Assembly (NCBI GenBank): GCA_965206675.1
Contig: CBDBKL010000006.1
Location: 75,834 to 139,833, forward strand
Length of the DNA stretch: 64,000 nt
Origin: Bdellovibrionales bacterium
Lineage (GTDB): Bacteria > Bdellovibrionota > Bdellovibrionia > Bdellovibrionales > JAKFYE01
Direction: 5' to 3'
This document shows positions 38,365 through 47,178 of this stretch, piece after piece; positions within the stretch are counted from its first letter, which is position 1; the number at the start of each line of letters is the position of its first letter. The notes under the pieces are model-generated. The model had not been told where the DNA came from, searched no databases, and saw only the letters and a program-made list of their open reading frames with translations. Position numbers and translations under genes: made by a program.

Positions 38365-38670
38365 TTAAAAGATATTGCGCGCTGAAACTAACAATGATAC
38401 TGGTACAACTATTCCCAGCCGGCCAGCGTTTTCTACCAAGTGAAAGATTTTGTCTTCCTGGATACTGTATGACCCTGAATAAAATAGAACAGAATCTAAA
38501 ATATCAGACGGATTTTCACTTATGGGTTTTCGCTGAATACCAACGCTCATAAATCCATCTGGAGAATAAATAAGAAGCCCTGACATAGCCTCTCCCCATG
38601 GCCCTTTAGTGCCATCTGGCCTTTCAATCTCAAAGCTCTCAAGGCCCCATGAACCGTGAAGGGACATCAT
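38365..38670 (-). CDS. Lipocalin-like domain protein whose 3' end runs into the IS3 right end (possibly truncated)
   Basis: 101 aa. LHGSWGLESFEIERPDGTKGPWGEAMSGLLIYSPDGFMSVGIQ...FYSGSYSIQEDKIFHLVENA matches the bacterial lipocalin-like domain pattern as I recall it. The last nine residues (LLVSARNIF) are encoded by IS sequence. Confidence 0.6.
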   Translation of the reverse strand: MMSLHGSWGLESFEIERPDGTKGPWGEAMSGLLIYSPDGFMSVGIQRKPISENPSDILDSVLFYSGSYSIQEDKIFHLVENAGRLGIVVPVSLLVSARNIF

Positions 38671-38944
38671 CTTTTACCTCACTTTTAGTCTCAATAAATA
38701 CCAGTGAATTGAGACTTGCCGTGCATTAAATAGCTGAAATAGATATAAAAAGTCAAATATATTTTGAGACTTGATCTAAGCTGCTGAAAATACCTCTATT
38801 TTTCATATCTTTTTTACAGACTCAATTTTTGTCAGCTACTTCCAACACCGCGGCCCTTCTCAGGGGTTATCAAGAGAAGCCATACTTTCTATACCTTGCG
38901 AGATAGCAAGGAAACTCTCTCTTAAAAATGAGGATAAGGTTAAG

Positions 38945-39035
38945 CGGAAAGCCACCGGAAAGCCTGCGGAAAGTCTTAAAAAAGCCATAAAAATCGCCGG
39001 AAAGCTTGAAAAAGCCTACTCAAAATAGCGGAAAG
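38945..39035. repeat. Iteron-like array of five CGGAAAG motifs
   Basis: CGGAAAG starts at 38945, 38956, 38967, 38998 and 39029, giving spacings of 11, 11, 31 and 31 nt. The last three sit in about 31-nt imperfect tandem units (CGGAAAG-n-AAAAAGCC). A further direct repeat GCTAGTTACG occurs at 39070 and 39108. Confidence 0.75.
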
Positions 39036-39126
39036 TATGTAAAAAAGGAGCTGTTTCTTAACAATATCGGCTAGTTACGCTGAGAGCTAAAAGTTTTCGT
39101 AATTTCAGCTAGTTACGGAGGTCAAA

Positions 39127-40374
39127 TTGAATAGTGGTACTATAAATCCATTTAAGCCAGGAAATCCTGTTCCCCCTGGAGTCTTTGCAGGGAGGGGGAA
39201 GGAGCTAGGGCAAATCAGTAAATGCATTATGCAAACCTCTCATTTCTCACCTCAAAATATTTTAATTATGGGAGAAAGAGGAATTGGTAAAACCTCTATG
39301 GCATATGTCGTAAAGGCCATGGCCGAAAAGAATCTTCCTCTTATACATGAAGCGCAAAATAATTTGATCACGGCCTATCTCAGTGTGAAAAAGAATACGC
39401 CCTCCCCGGTGGTCATTTCTCAAATAGTGGAAGAGCTAGAAACTCAACTTGAGCCGTTCCGCACACTGCTTGGTGCGGCCTCTGACTCCATTAAGAATTT
39501 TGTTAAAAATTTTCAATCAATTTCTGTTCAGGGTCTTGAGATCAAGACAAGCGAGAAAAAGACGATACCAATCGAGGAAATTTATATCGAAGCCAAAAAG
39601 ACTTTAAGAAAATGTGCTAACGCTTGTAAAAATACGGAAAATATAGAGGATTCTAGGTCCATTTGTATTATTGTCGATGAACTTGATAGGATGGCGGACT
39701 TTGAAAATTTCTCTTCATTTTGGAAAGGGCTACAAGAAACTCTTGGAGCAGATGATTGTAATAGCTTAATGCTCGTTTTTGTTGGGATGCCAGAAATAAA
39801 GGATAAGTTAGCTGCAGACCATGAATCAATTATTCGAACCTTTACCCCAATATACCTTGATAGGATGGAGAGACAAGACGCAGAAGAAGTTATAAAAAAA
39901 GCTTTAGATGGAAGTGGAAAGACAATATCGAATGAAGCAGTTGAAAAGATATTAAACTATTCAGAATATTTCCCTCATTTAATCCAAGAATTAGGTTACT
40001 CAGCTTTTGAAGTATCTGAACGTAATGAGATTACTGGAAAAGACGTTGATTTAGGGATTCATGGTAATGAGTCTTACCCTGGATCAATAGCAAGGCTTGG
40101 GGAACTCTTTTTTTCCCGAATGTATGATGAGATCAAAAAGAGCAAAAATTTCAAAGAAATTCTCAAAATAATTGCAACGCTATCTGGCATTAAGCAAAAG
40201 TGGGTGTCCAGGCAAGCAGTACTAAAAGAGTTCTCTGGAAAGAGTACAAACTTAGATTCGTCGATAAGAGTGCTAAAAGAAAAGAAACTAATTATTACAA
40301 ACCCAGAGATGCAAGGACAATATAGGATTTCTTCTAAAATGTTTCAAGCATACATAGAAAAGATTTTTATATGA
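39127..40374 (+). CDS. P-loop NTPase (Orc1/Cdc6-like or STAND-like AAA ATPase) with C-terminal winged-helix-like region
   Basis: 415 aa. TTG start preceded by GGAGG. Lead-in FAGRGKELGQI, Walker A ILIMGERGIGKTSMAY, Walker B ICIIVDELDR. Confidence 0.8.
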   Translation: MNSGTINPFKPGNPVPPGVFAGRGKELGQISKCIMQTSHFSPQNILIMGERGIGKTSMAYVVKAMAEKNLPLIHEAQNNLITAYLSVKKNTPSPVVISQIVEELETQLEPFRTLLGAASDSIKNFVKNFQSISVQGLEIKTSEKKTIPIEEIYIEAKKTLRKCANACKNTENIEDSRSICIIVDELDRMADFENFSSFWKGLQETLGADDCNSLMLVFVGMPEIKDKLAADHESIIRTFTPIYLDRMERQDAEEVIKKALDGSGKTISNEAVEKILNYSEYFPHLIQELGYSAFEVSERNEITGKDVDLGIHGNESYPGSIARLGELFFSRMYDEIKKSKNFKEILKIIATLSGIKQKWVSRQAVLKEFSGKSTNLDSSIRVLKEKKLIITNPEMQGQYRISSKMFQAYIEKIFI

Positions 40375-40378
40375 AAAT

Positions 40379-42847
40379 ATGATTGGTGAAGAAAAGCACA
40401 AAGTCTCTGAAATTGAGGAAATAGAAAAAAGACTTGAGCAATTAAGTAGGGAAAGATCAGAACTCCTCAAGAAATTATCTAGTCTAAGATTAAAAAATAA
40501 TACGAAAAATATTCCGTTATTAGGGAGAATATTAGATATTTCTTCACCGAATACACCAGAAGAGAAAATAAACCTTTTTAAAAAACTATTTTGTTGTCGT
40601 GAAGATATTTTTCCAAGATTTTGGGAGAATGAAAAAACTGGAAAGAGAGGATATTCGCCTGTTTGTTCTAATGAATGGGTAAGACCTATTTGTAGAAAGC
40701 CAGAGGTTAAATGTAGTGATTGCCAGCACCAAAGCTTTCTACCCTTAGATGAAATATCCATCAAATCGCATTTGCAAGGATTTCATATTGCTGGAACTTA
40801 TGCCATAAGAGAGAATAATACTTGTATTTTTCTTGCGGCAGATTTTGATAGGGCCTCTTGGAAAGAAGATTCCTTAGCATATAAAAAAGCAGCCAGAGAG
40901 CTTGGAGTTGAAGTTTGTATTGAACGCTCAAAGTCAGGTAATGGGGCACATGCTTGGATATTTTTTCAGGAACCAATTTGGGCCAGAAAGGCAAGACAGG
41001 TTGGAACGTTGATTCTTGTTCGGGCGACTTCAATCAGCCAGAAAATTAAACTTAACAGTCACGATCGTTTTTTTCCTAGCCAAGATACAGTTCCTAAAGG
41101 TGGATTTGGAAATCTTATAGCACTACCTTTGCAGAGAGTAGCAAGAGGACAGGGCAATAGTGTTTTTGTTGATGATGAATTTAGGCCTGTTGAAGATCAA
41201 TGGAAATTCCTAAGCGGTATTCGTCGATTATCTCAGGACGACATAGATCTTTTGCTAAACAAAAATTTATCTCAAAATATGATTTTAAATTTTGATATTG
41301 AAGACTTTGATCTCAGGATAACTGAAAAAGCATTGGATTCGATTTCAAAGAAATTAAAACTAGAAGAATTTTATGAAACGATAAATTTAAGAATTTCAGA
41401 TCAAATTTACATAAATACCGAAAACCTCCCTGATATTTTAGTTGGGGCATTTAGAAGAAAGGCCACATTTGCTAATCCAGAGTTCTTCAAGAAACAAAAA
41501 ATGAGATTTTCAACTTGGGATACACCGAGATTTATTTGCTGCGCAGAAAACTTAGGCAATGAAATGTCAGTTCCAAGAGGAAGTCTTGATGAATGTCTAG
41601 CGATTGCAAGTGAAGTTGGGGCAAACGTTAATATTTTTGATGAAAGACCTAATCATAAAAAGATCAAAGTAAAATTCACTGGAGAATTAAGACAAGATCA
41701 AAAGAAGGCCATCAGAAAAATTATCAATTACGATACAGGGGTTCTCGTAGCTCCTCCAGGAGTTGGGAAAACGGTTATGGGATGCCACCTTATAGCTAAA
41801 AGGAAAGTTCCAACTTTGGTATTAGTTCATCGTAGGCCTCTTATGGATCAATGGGTAGAGAGGCTTAAAGAATTTTTAGATATTGCCCCCAAGGAAATAG
41901 GTTCATTTGGAGGCTCAAAGAAAAGGCCAAAGGGAAAGATAGATGTTGCTATGTTGCAAACACTTTCTAAACTAGAAGATTGTGAAGAAATGTTGTCTGA
42001 ATATGGACAGATAATTGTCGATGAATGCCATCATATTCCGGCCCAATCCTTTGAGCAAGTTATGAAAAAGATTCCGGCCAAATACTTTGTTGGGTTGACA
42101 GCAACTCCGTATCGAAAAGATGGCCATCAGGCCATTATTCATATGCAGTTAGGCCCTACCCGACACGAAATGGAAGATTTCGGAGCCAATGCATTAGAAA
42201 AGAAAGTATTTATTAAAGAAACCAATCTTCAATTTCCAGAAAATTTAAAAAGACTCGAAATTCATGAAATCTGGGACATCCTAATTGGCCATGATGGCAG
42301 AACTTCTATGATCGTTCAAGATATTAAAAGCGAGTTGGAAGCAAATCGTTTCCCATTAATCATATCAGAGAGAAAAGAACACTTGGCCAATATTTCAACT
42401 AAAATAAAGACCTCTTCCATCAAGGCCAAAGAATTTATACTGATTGGAGATATGGGCAAGAAAAAGAGAAAGGAAATTTTGGATCAAATCCATAACTGTG
42501 TTCAAAATAAAGAACAATTTTACATTTTATCTACAGGCTCTTTTATTGGGGAGGGTTTTGATCTTCCTATTTTAGATTCCTTAATTTTAACAATGCCAGT
42601 GTCATTTAAAGGTCGATTAGTTCAATATGCGGGGCGAATACATAGGATATTTGAGAAAAAAGAGGAAGTGAGAATATTTGATTACTTAGACCCTCACAGC
42701 AATCTAACCATTAAGATGCTAAAGAAAAGGATTCCTGTTTATAAAAAGATGGGTTATAAAATTATCTCAGACCATGGGAAAAAAGTGGATCAGATTTTAT
42801 ATCAAACAAGATTGTTCTCTGAGTTTGAAGGCAATATGACCCATTAG
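40379..42847 (+). CDS. Archaeo-eukaryotic primase (PrimPol)-like domain fused to an SF2 helicase
   Basis: 822 aa. N-terminal coiled coil, then a Cys cluster (CSNEWVRPICRKPEVKCSDC). AEP motifs FLAADFD (DxD), SKSGNGAHAWIFF (sGxGxH) and GFGNLIALPL. Helicase motifs LVAPPGVGKT, IIVDECHHI, GLTATPYR and VQYAGRIHR. Confidence 0.8.
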   Translation: MIGEEKHKVSEIEEIEKRLEQLSRERSELLKKLSSLRLKNNTKNIPLLGRILDISSPNTPEEKINLFKKLFCCREDIFPRFWENEKTGKRGYSPVCSNEWVRPICRKPEVKCSDCQHQSFLPLDEISIKSHLQGFHIAGTYAIRENNTCIFLAADFDRASWKEDSLAYKKAARELGVEVCIERSKSGNGAHAWIFFQEPIWARKARQVGTLILVRATSISQKIKLNSHDRFFPSQDTVPKGGFGNLIALPLQRVARGQGNSVFVDDEFRPVEDQWKFLSGIRRLSQDDIDLLLNKNLSQNMILNFDIEDFDLRITEKALDSISKKLKLEEFYETINLRISDQIYINTENLPDILVGAFRRKATFANPEFFKKQKMRFSTWDTPRFICCAENLGNEMSVPRGSLDECLAIASEVGANVNIFDERPNHKKIKVKFTGELRQDQKKAIRKIINYDTGVLVAPPGVGKTVMGCHLIAKRKVPTLVLVHRRPLMDQWVERLKEFLDIAPKEIGSFGGSKKRPKGKIDVAMLQTLSKLEDCEEMLSEYGQIIVDECHHIPAQSFEQVMKKIPAKYFVGLTATPYRKDGHQAIIHMQLGPTRHEMEDFGANALEKKVFIKETNLQFPENLKRLEIHEIWDILIGHDGRTSMIVQDIKSELEANRFPLIISERKEHLANISTKIKTSSIKAKEFILIGDMGKKKRKEILDQIHNCVQNKEQFYILSTGSFIGEGFDLPILDSLILTMPVSFKGRLVQYAGRIHRIFEKKEEVRIFDYLDPHSNLTIKMLKKRIPVYKKMGYKIISDHGKKVDQILYQTRLFSEFEGNMTH

Positions 42848-42908
42848 CTGCGTAGAACCTTGAAGGGTGAGGTGAAGAAGTTCATTTTTAACAAAAAAAA
42901 GCGGGAGA

Positions 42909-44479
42909 GAGAGTTTAAAAAATTTTGTGTATGAGCAGAAAAACTCTTAATCGGAATTAAAAGTTTTTGGGCGAGAACTATTTCTCGCCCTTACAATGAC
43001 TCAATATCAGGCCACGCCAGCGGCGTCAATAAGAAAAATTACAAAGGGGGCAAGGCCCCCATATCGGGCCCTCTAGGCGGCCCTCAATACTCTCAAAAAT
43101 TGAAATTCGGGCCCGTCCCTTGGAAACTACCGTTTCCCACGGGCCCGAAAAAACGGCCCTTAAAGGCCCAGGGGAACCCTTCCATCGAAGTGGATTGAGA
43201 GCTGTCCGATCATCTCTGCCCAGCCCTGCTTCTTCATCGTCCACTTCTTGCTTGCCTCCATGACTGCAAGGTAGAGCAATTTTGAGAGGGCATCGTCACT
43301 GGGAAAATGCCCTCTATTTTTTGTCACCTTCCGAAGTTGGCGGTGGAATCCTTCGATGATATTTGTCGTATAGATCATTTTCCGTATGGGGGGCGAGTAT
43401 TTGAAAAACGTAGCAAGATTCTCCCAATTGCTCCTCCAGGACTTAATGACCACTGGATATTTACGGCCCCATTTCTCGTCTAGTTCTTTGAGCTTTTCGA
43501 GAGCAATTTCCTCTGATGTTGCTTGGTACACCGTCTTCAGATCCCCTGCAAATTCTTTTTGATTATTTGACCCGACATACTTCAATGAGTTGCGGATTTG
43601 ATGGACAATACAGAGCTGTATCTCTGTCTTTGGAAATATGCTTGAGATGGCCTCCGGTAACCCCTTAAGTCCGTCCACACATGCGATGAGAATATCCTTA
43701 ACGCCCCTGTTGGAAATGTCAGTGAAAACTTGCATCCAAAACTTAGAACTCTCGGAGTCTCCAACATAGAACCCCAATACTTCTCGTTTACCCTCAAGGT
43801 TGATCGCAAGGGCCACATAGACAGTTCGAGCGACAACTTTCCCTTCGACTTTTGCCTTATACCTGATGCCATCAAAAAAAACTATAGGGTAAACTTCGTC
43901 AAGTTGTCTTGCCTGCCACTCCTTGCTTAAAGACAGGATTTTTTCAGTGGTTTGGGAAATAAAAGTTGGTGAAACTTCGGCCCCCAGATACAAGTCAGAG
44001 AGGTGTTCAGCAATATCGGTTGTTGTCATTCCCTTGGCGTACATGCTGATAATTTTCTTTTCAAGATCGCTAGTTTTTGTCTTGTATTTGGGCAGGGCCT
44101 TGGGAGTAAACTCGCCTTTACGATCCCGAGGAACTTCAATGCTGACTTCACCAGATTCAGTTTTCAGTTTTTTTGAGTAGTGGCCATTGCGAGAATTATC
44201 AGTTTTTTTTGCCCTGGCATCGTTGTGTTCATATCCAAGGTGATCGGTCATCTCTTCCTTGAGCATCGTTTCGATGGCATCCTTGAAGAGAAAACTGAGG
44301 GGGCCATCTTTGGCAAGAATTTCTTCGACGCTGCCGCACTGCCTTGCTCTGCGCCAATACTCTGCCATTTGTTCTTTTGAGGGGGGTTCTTTGCGTAAAT
44401 CGACCATAGGGTACCTCCTTAATCAGGATAAATCCGATTAAAGAGATCGTCTATCATCCACAATTTATTTTAAACTCCC
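42909..44479 (-). mobile_element. IS256-family insertion sequence with 8-bp target-site duplication
   Basis: Terminal inverted repeats GAGAGTTTAAAAAATTTTGTGTATGA (42909..) versus reverse complement GGGAGTTTAAAATAAATTGTGGATGA (..44479), 21 of 26 matching. Direct repeat GCGGGAGA at 42901..42908 and 44480..44487. Confidence 0.88.
43160..44407 (-). CDS. IS256-family (mutator-type) transposase
   Basis: 415 aa with LGYEHNDARAKKTDNSRNGHYSKKLKTESGEVSIEVPRDRKGEF, YVALAINLEGKREVLG, CVDGLKGL and QLCIVHQIRN. Confidence 0.93.
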   Translation of the reverse strand: MVDLRKEPPSKEQMAEYWRRARQCGSVEEILAKDGPLSFLFKDAIETMLKEEMTDHLGYEHNDARAKKTDNSRNGHYSKKLKTESGEVSIEVPRDRKGEFTPKALPKYKTKTSDLEKKIISMYAKGMTTTDIAEHLSDLYLGAEVSPTFISQTTEKILSLSKEWQARQLDEVYPIVFFDGIRYKAKVEGKVVARTVYVALAINLEGKREVLGFYVGDSESSKFWMQVFTDISNRGVKDILIACVDGLKGLPEAISSIFPKTEIQLCIVHQIRNSLKYVGSNNQKEFAGDLKTVYQATSEEIALEKLKELDEKWGRKYPVVIKSWRSNWENLATFFKYSPPIRKMIYTTNIIEGFHRQLRKVTKNRGHFPSDDALSKLLYLAVMEASKKWTMKKQGWAEMIGQLSIHFDGRVPLGL

Positions 44480-44657
44480 GCGGGAGAAGGGAACACTCTC
44501 CCCTAACCTGAAAGTTATTGTAGCATTGATCTCCCAAAATATTTTTCTTTCAAGGCAATGCTTCTATTAGTTGATGAAATTGACCTCCTCTATAACAAAG
44601 AAAAGAGAGTAACGATATAGGGAAAAGACTAGAAATAATCTTCCTCTACAAGGACCA

Positions 44658-45545
44658 TCACTTTCTCCATGCCGGTGGCTTCCATGGGAAATTATCTACC
44701 CCATCATATGAATAATTTTTTTCTTCAATGTAGTATGAATCACTTTCAATTTCTTCATCGCTGTCAACCTCGACTGTTCCATCATCCCATAAAATAGTTA
44801 ACACTTGGCCATGAGAATTTAAAGGGAGGCTCCATTCAAACAACTCGGAATCTTGTTTTACTTTATAGCCTACAATCCATGAGTTAGCTGGAACGATGTC
44901 AAAATCGCTTGGAATACTTTGTGACTTTAGGGCTTTGTACGCAAACGTTCCTTCAGCAACTATTCTTGAGTCAGACATTTGGAGACTATATCTAAAACTA
45001 TCTGAAGATCTATAGAACTGAATCTGCCTATTTTTTGAGACAATAAGGCAGCATGACGCCGTTGTCATACTGATAAACTTAAATGCTGAAGCCATCAAAG
45101 ATACATCAAAGTAATTTGATACTTGTCGAATTGAATCCCAACATGGCTCTTGGGGGTTAAAGTAATTCTGGACCATACGCTTGGGCATAAGAAGCTCGCT
45201 CGCAAATTGATCCGCTCTTAACTCCTTATCCCTTGATATATCAAAGGTTTCAATCATTCTATTTGAACAAACAAAAGTTTGCTCTTCGCCAAAGGTTACA
45301 TCCAGATTTAGATGCCCAAGTTCATGAGCTACAGAGAATCTTCTTCTTTTTGGATATGTTTGTTTTGAGTTAATTCCTATAGTAGCAAGTTGCCCATTAA
45401 ATAGAAGAACCCCCTCAATACCGTCAAAGTCTTTTTCAAATATTTCTATCTCTTGAGAGGCACAAATACCAAAAGGGTCTATCGGGAAATTGTTAATGCC
45501 TAGGTCATCTAAGAATTGATTTGCACATCGTTCTGCTTTATTCAT
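44658..45545 (-). CDS. ImmA/IrrE-family zinc metallopeptidase (CapP-like CBASS regulator candidate)
   Basis: 295 aa with HExxH in SVAHELGHLNLD. Overlaps the upstream XRE gene by 8 nt. The pair is divergent from the CBASS operon. Confidence 0.8.
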   Translation of the reverse strand: MNKAERCANQFLDDLGINNFPIDPFGICASQEIEIFEKDFDGIEGVLLFNGQLATIGINSKQTYPKRRRFSVAHELGHLNLDVTFGEEQTFVCSNRMIETFDISRDKELRADQFASELLMPKRMVQNYFNPQEPCWDSIRQVSNYFDVSLMASAFKFISMTTASCCLIVSKNRQIQFYRSSDSFRYSLQMSDSRIVAEGTFAYKALKSQSIPSDFDIVPANSWIVGYKVKQDSELFEWSLPLNSHGQVLTILWDDGTVEVDSDEEIESDSYYIEEKNYSYDGVDNFPWKPPAWRK

Positions 45546-45882
45546 TGGAGTATGACTTCTTTTTTAAAAACTCCATGTGACTTTTTAAGTAGTCACGATC
45601 TTTTTCACTAAGTTCCTTAAAACCCCTGTAAAACTCTTTCCATTCCTGTTGTACTCTTGGTTCATTTTCCTGATTACTCCTACCAGTTAAATAATCAATG
45701 GATACTTCGAGCGTAATGGCGAGCTTTCTTAAAATTGGTAGATTGGGCATACGGCTACCTTTTTCAAACTGATTTATCGCCGCAGGGGTTATACTGGCCC
45801 TTCTTGCTAATTCTGCCTGAGACCAGTGATGTTTCTCCCTAGCTTCTCTCAATCTAAAAGAAAAGATTCCCAAATCTTCCAT
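45538..45882 (-). CDS. XRE-family HTH repressor (CapH-like CBASS regulator candidate)
   Basis: 114 aa. HTH WSQAELARRASITPAAINQFEKGSRMPNL. Divergently transcribed from the patatin gene. Confidence 0.8.
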   Translation of the reverse strand: MEDLGIFSFRLREAREKHHWSQAELARRASITPAAINQFEKGSRMPNLPILRKLAITLEVSIDYLTGRSNQENEPRVQQEWKEFYRGFKELSEKDRDYLKSHMEFLKKKSYSNE

Positions 45883-46077
45883 TTTACCTCCAAAAGCTCT
45901 TTATATACCAAATTTAGGGTGTTTCTCTCCAGAGAAAGATAACAAAACGATAATTTTTATTATTAAATAGTTGACAGTGGCCCAGTTGTTTATTACCATA
46001 TAGTTAAGAATATAAGGCTAAATAGTTAATTGGCAATCTTTTTTCAACTAGAGCTGTAAACGGGTTAAAAATAGGGA

Positions 46078-47178
46078 ATGAGCATGGAAAATAATAGAAA
46101 ATCAGGAGTTTCACCGTACAGGGTTTTATCCTTAGACGGCGGCGGAATGAGAGGACTCTATGCAGCATCCCTTCTGAAAGAACTATCTGACCGGTTTAAT
46201 CAATCTGCCCCTAAAGATATTGGAAAAGGATTTGACCTAATTGTGGGTACAAGTACTGGAGGAATTATTGCGGCAGGCTTAGCTGCCGGAGTTGACATTA
46301 ATAATCTAATCAAAATTTATGCGGAGGAGGGAAGGCATATTTTTACCAATCCTATTCCCAAGGGGAAAATCCGTATCTTAACATGGATATTCCGACATTT
46401 TTGCAAATCCGCAAATAGTAATGAAAAACTAAAGATCGAACTCCAAAAAATTTTAAAAAAAGAAACAGTTGGAGAACTTTTTAATAGAAGAAAGATTGGA
46501 CTTTGCCTTACAGCAATTAATCTCTCTAATGGTCGGCCTCGGGTATTCAAAACGCCGCACGACCCAGAGAGATGTGCGGATGACAACCGAACTTTAGCTG
46601 ATGTATGCTTGGCTACTTCTGCGGCACCTATAGTTTTTCCAATCGCCGTAATTGAAGAGCCAAATAATTCAGATTTAAAAGAAGGGTTTATTGACGGTGG
46701 TCTTTGGGCCAACAACCCAGTTTTAATCGGTCTTATTGAATCGTTACGTTTGTCGAAAAGAGAACAAGCTATAGAAGTAATTTCAGTAGGTACATGCCCT
46801 CCCCCAGGAGGACCACAATTTGACGATAAAAATACGAATAAAGGAGTTAAGTACTGGAGAGCGGGTGTTCGTTCTTTGGATATGTCAATGAATGCTCAAT
46901 CGGAAGGGTTTAATTTCATGTGCGGTTTTTTAGCCAATAGCTTAAAAAATCTAGATAAACAAGTTACAATCTGTCGTTTAAATGTCAATAGTCTTTCAAA
47001 AGAGCAGATTGACAAGATAGGCCTTGATGTTGCGACAAAGGAAGCGTGTGACATCTTAAGAAGAACAGGTATTACGGATGGTCAGCAAATCTATAGCAAA
47101 ATCCTGAAATATCCAAATAATGAAGAGTTTAAAATACTGAAAGATATTTTTACTAATTTACCACATCCATCTAAATGA
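46078..47178 (+). CDS. Patatin-like phospholipase, CBASS effector type (CapV/CapE-like)
   Basis: 366 aa with all three intact motifs: LSLDGGGMRGLY (oxyanion), VGTSTGGIIA (GxSxG) and FIDGGLWANNP (DGG). Confidence 0.9.
   Translation: MSMENNRKSGVSPYRVLSLDGGGMRGLYAASLLKELSDRFNQSAPKDIGKGFDLIVGTSTGGIIAAGLAAGVDINNLIKIYAEEGRHIFTNPIPKGKIRILTWIFRHFCKSANSNEKLKIELQKILKKETVGELFNRRKIGLCLTAINLSNGRPRVFKTPHDPERCADDNRTLADVCLATSAAPIVFPIAVIEEPNNSDLKEGFIDGGLWANNPVLIGLIESLRLSKREQAIEVISVGTCPPPGGPQFDDKNTNKGVKYWRAGVRSLDMSMNAQSEGFNFMCGFLANSLKNLDKQVTICRLNVNSLSKEQIDKIGLDVATKEACDILRRTGITDGQQIYSKILKYPNNEEFKILKDIFTNLPHPSK

Larger units (their letters stand above)
37066..38393 (+). mobile_element. IS3-family insertion sequence (about 1.33 kb)
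   Basis: Imperfect terminal inverted repeats: TGTTGGTTGCAGCGC (37066..37080) versus the reverse complement of 38379..38393, TGTTAGTTTCAGCGC (13 of 15). OrfA and OrfB are in the 0/-1 frame arrangement. GC-richer than the surroundings. No target-site duplication seen (flanks CTAAAA / ATGATA). Confidence 0.85.

Noticed and set aside
43026-43244. 72-aa ORF in the GC-rich subterminal part of the IS256 element
   Set aside because: It overlaps the transposase 3' end, shows Gly/Pro/Arg-rich composition driven by GC-rich palindromic DNA, and has no motif.
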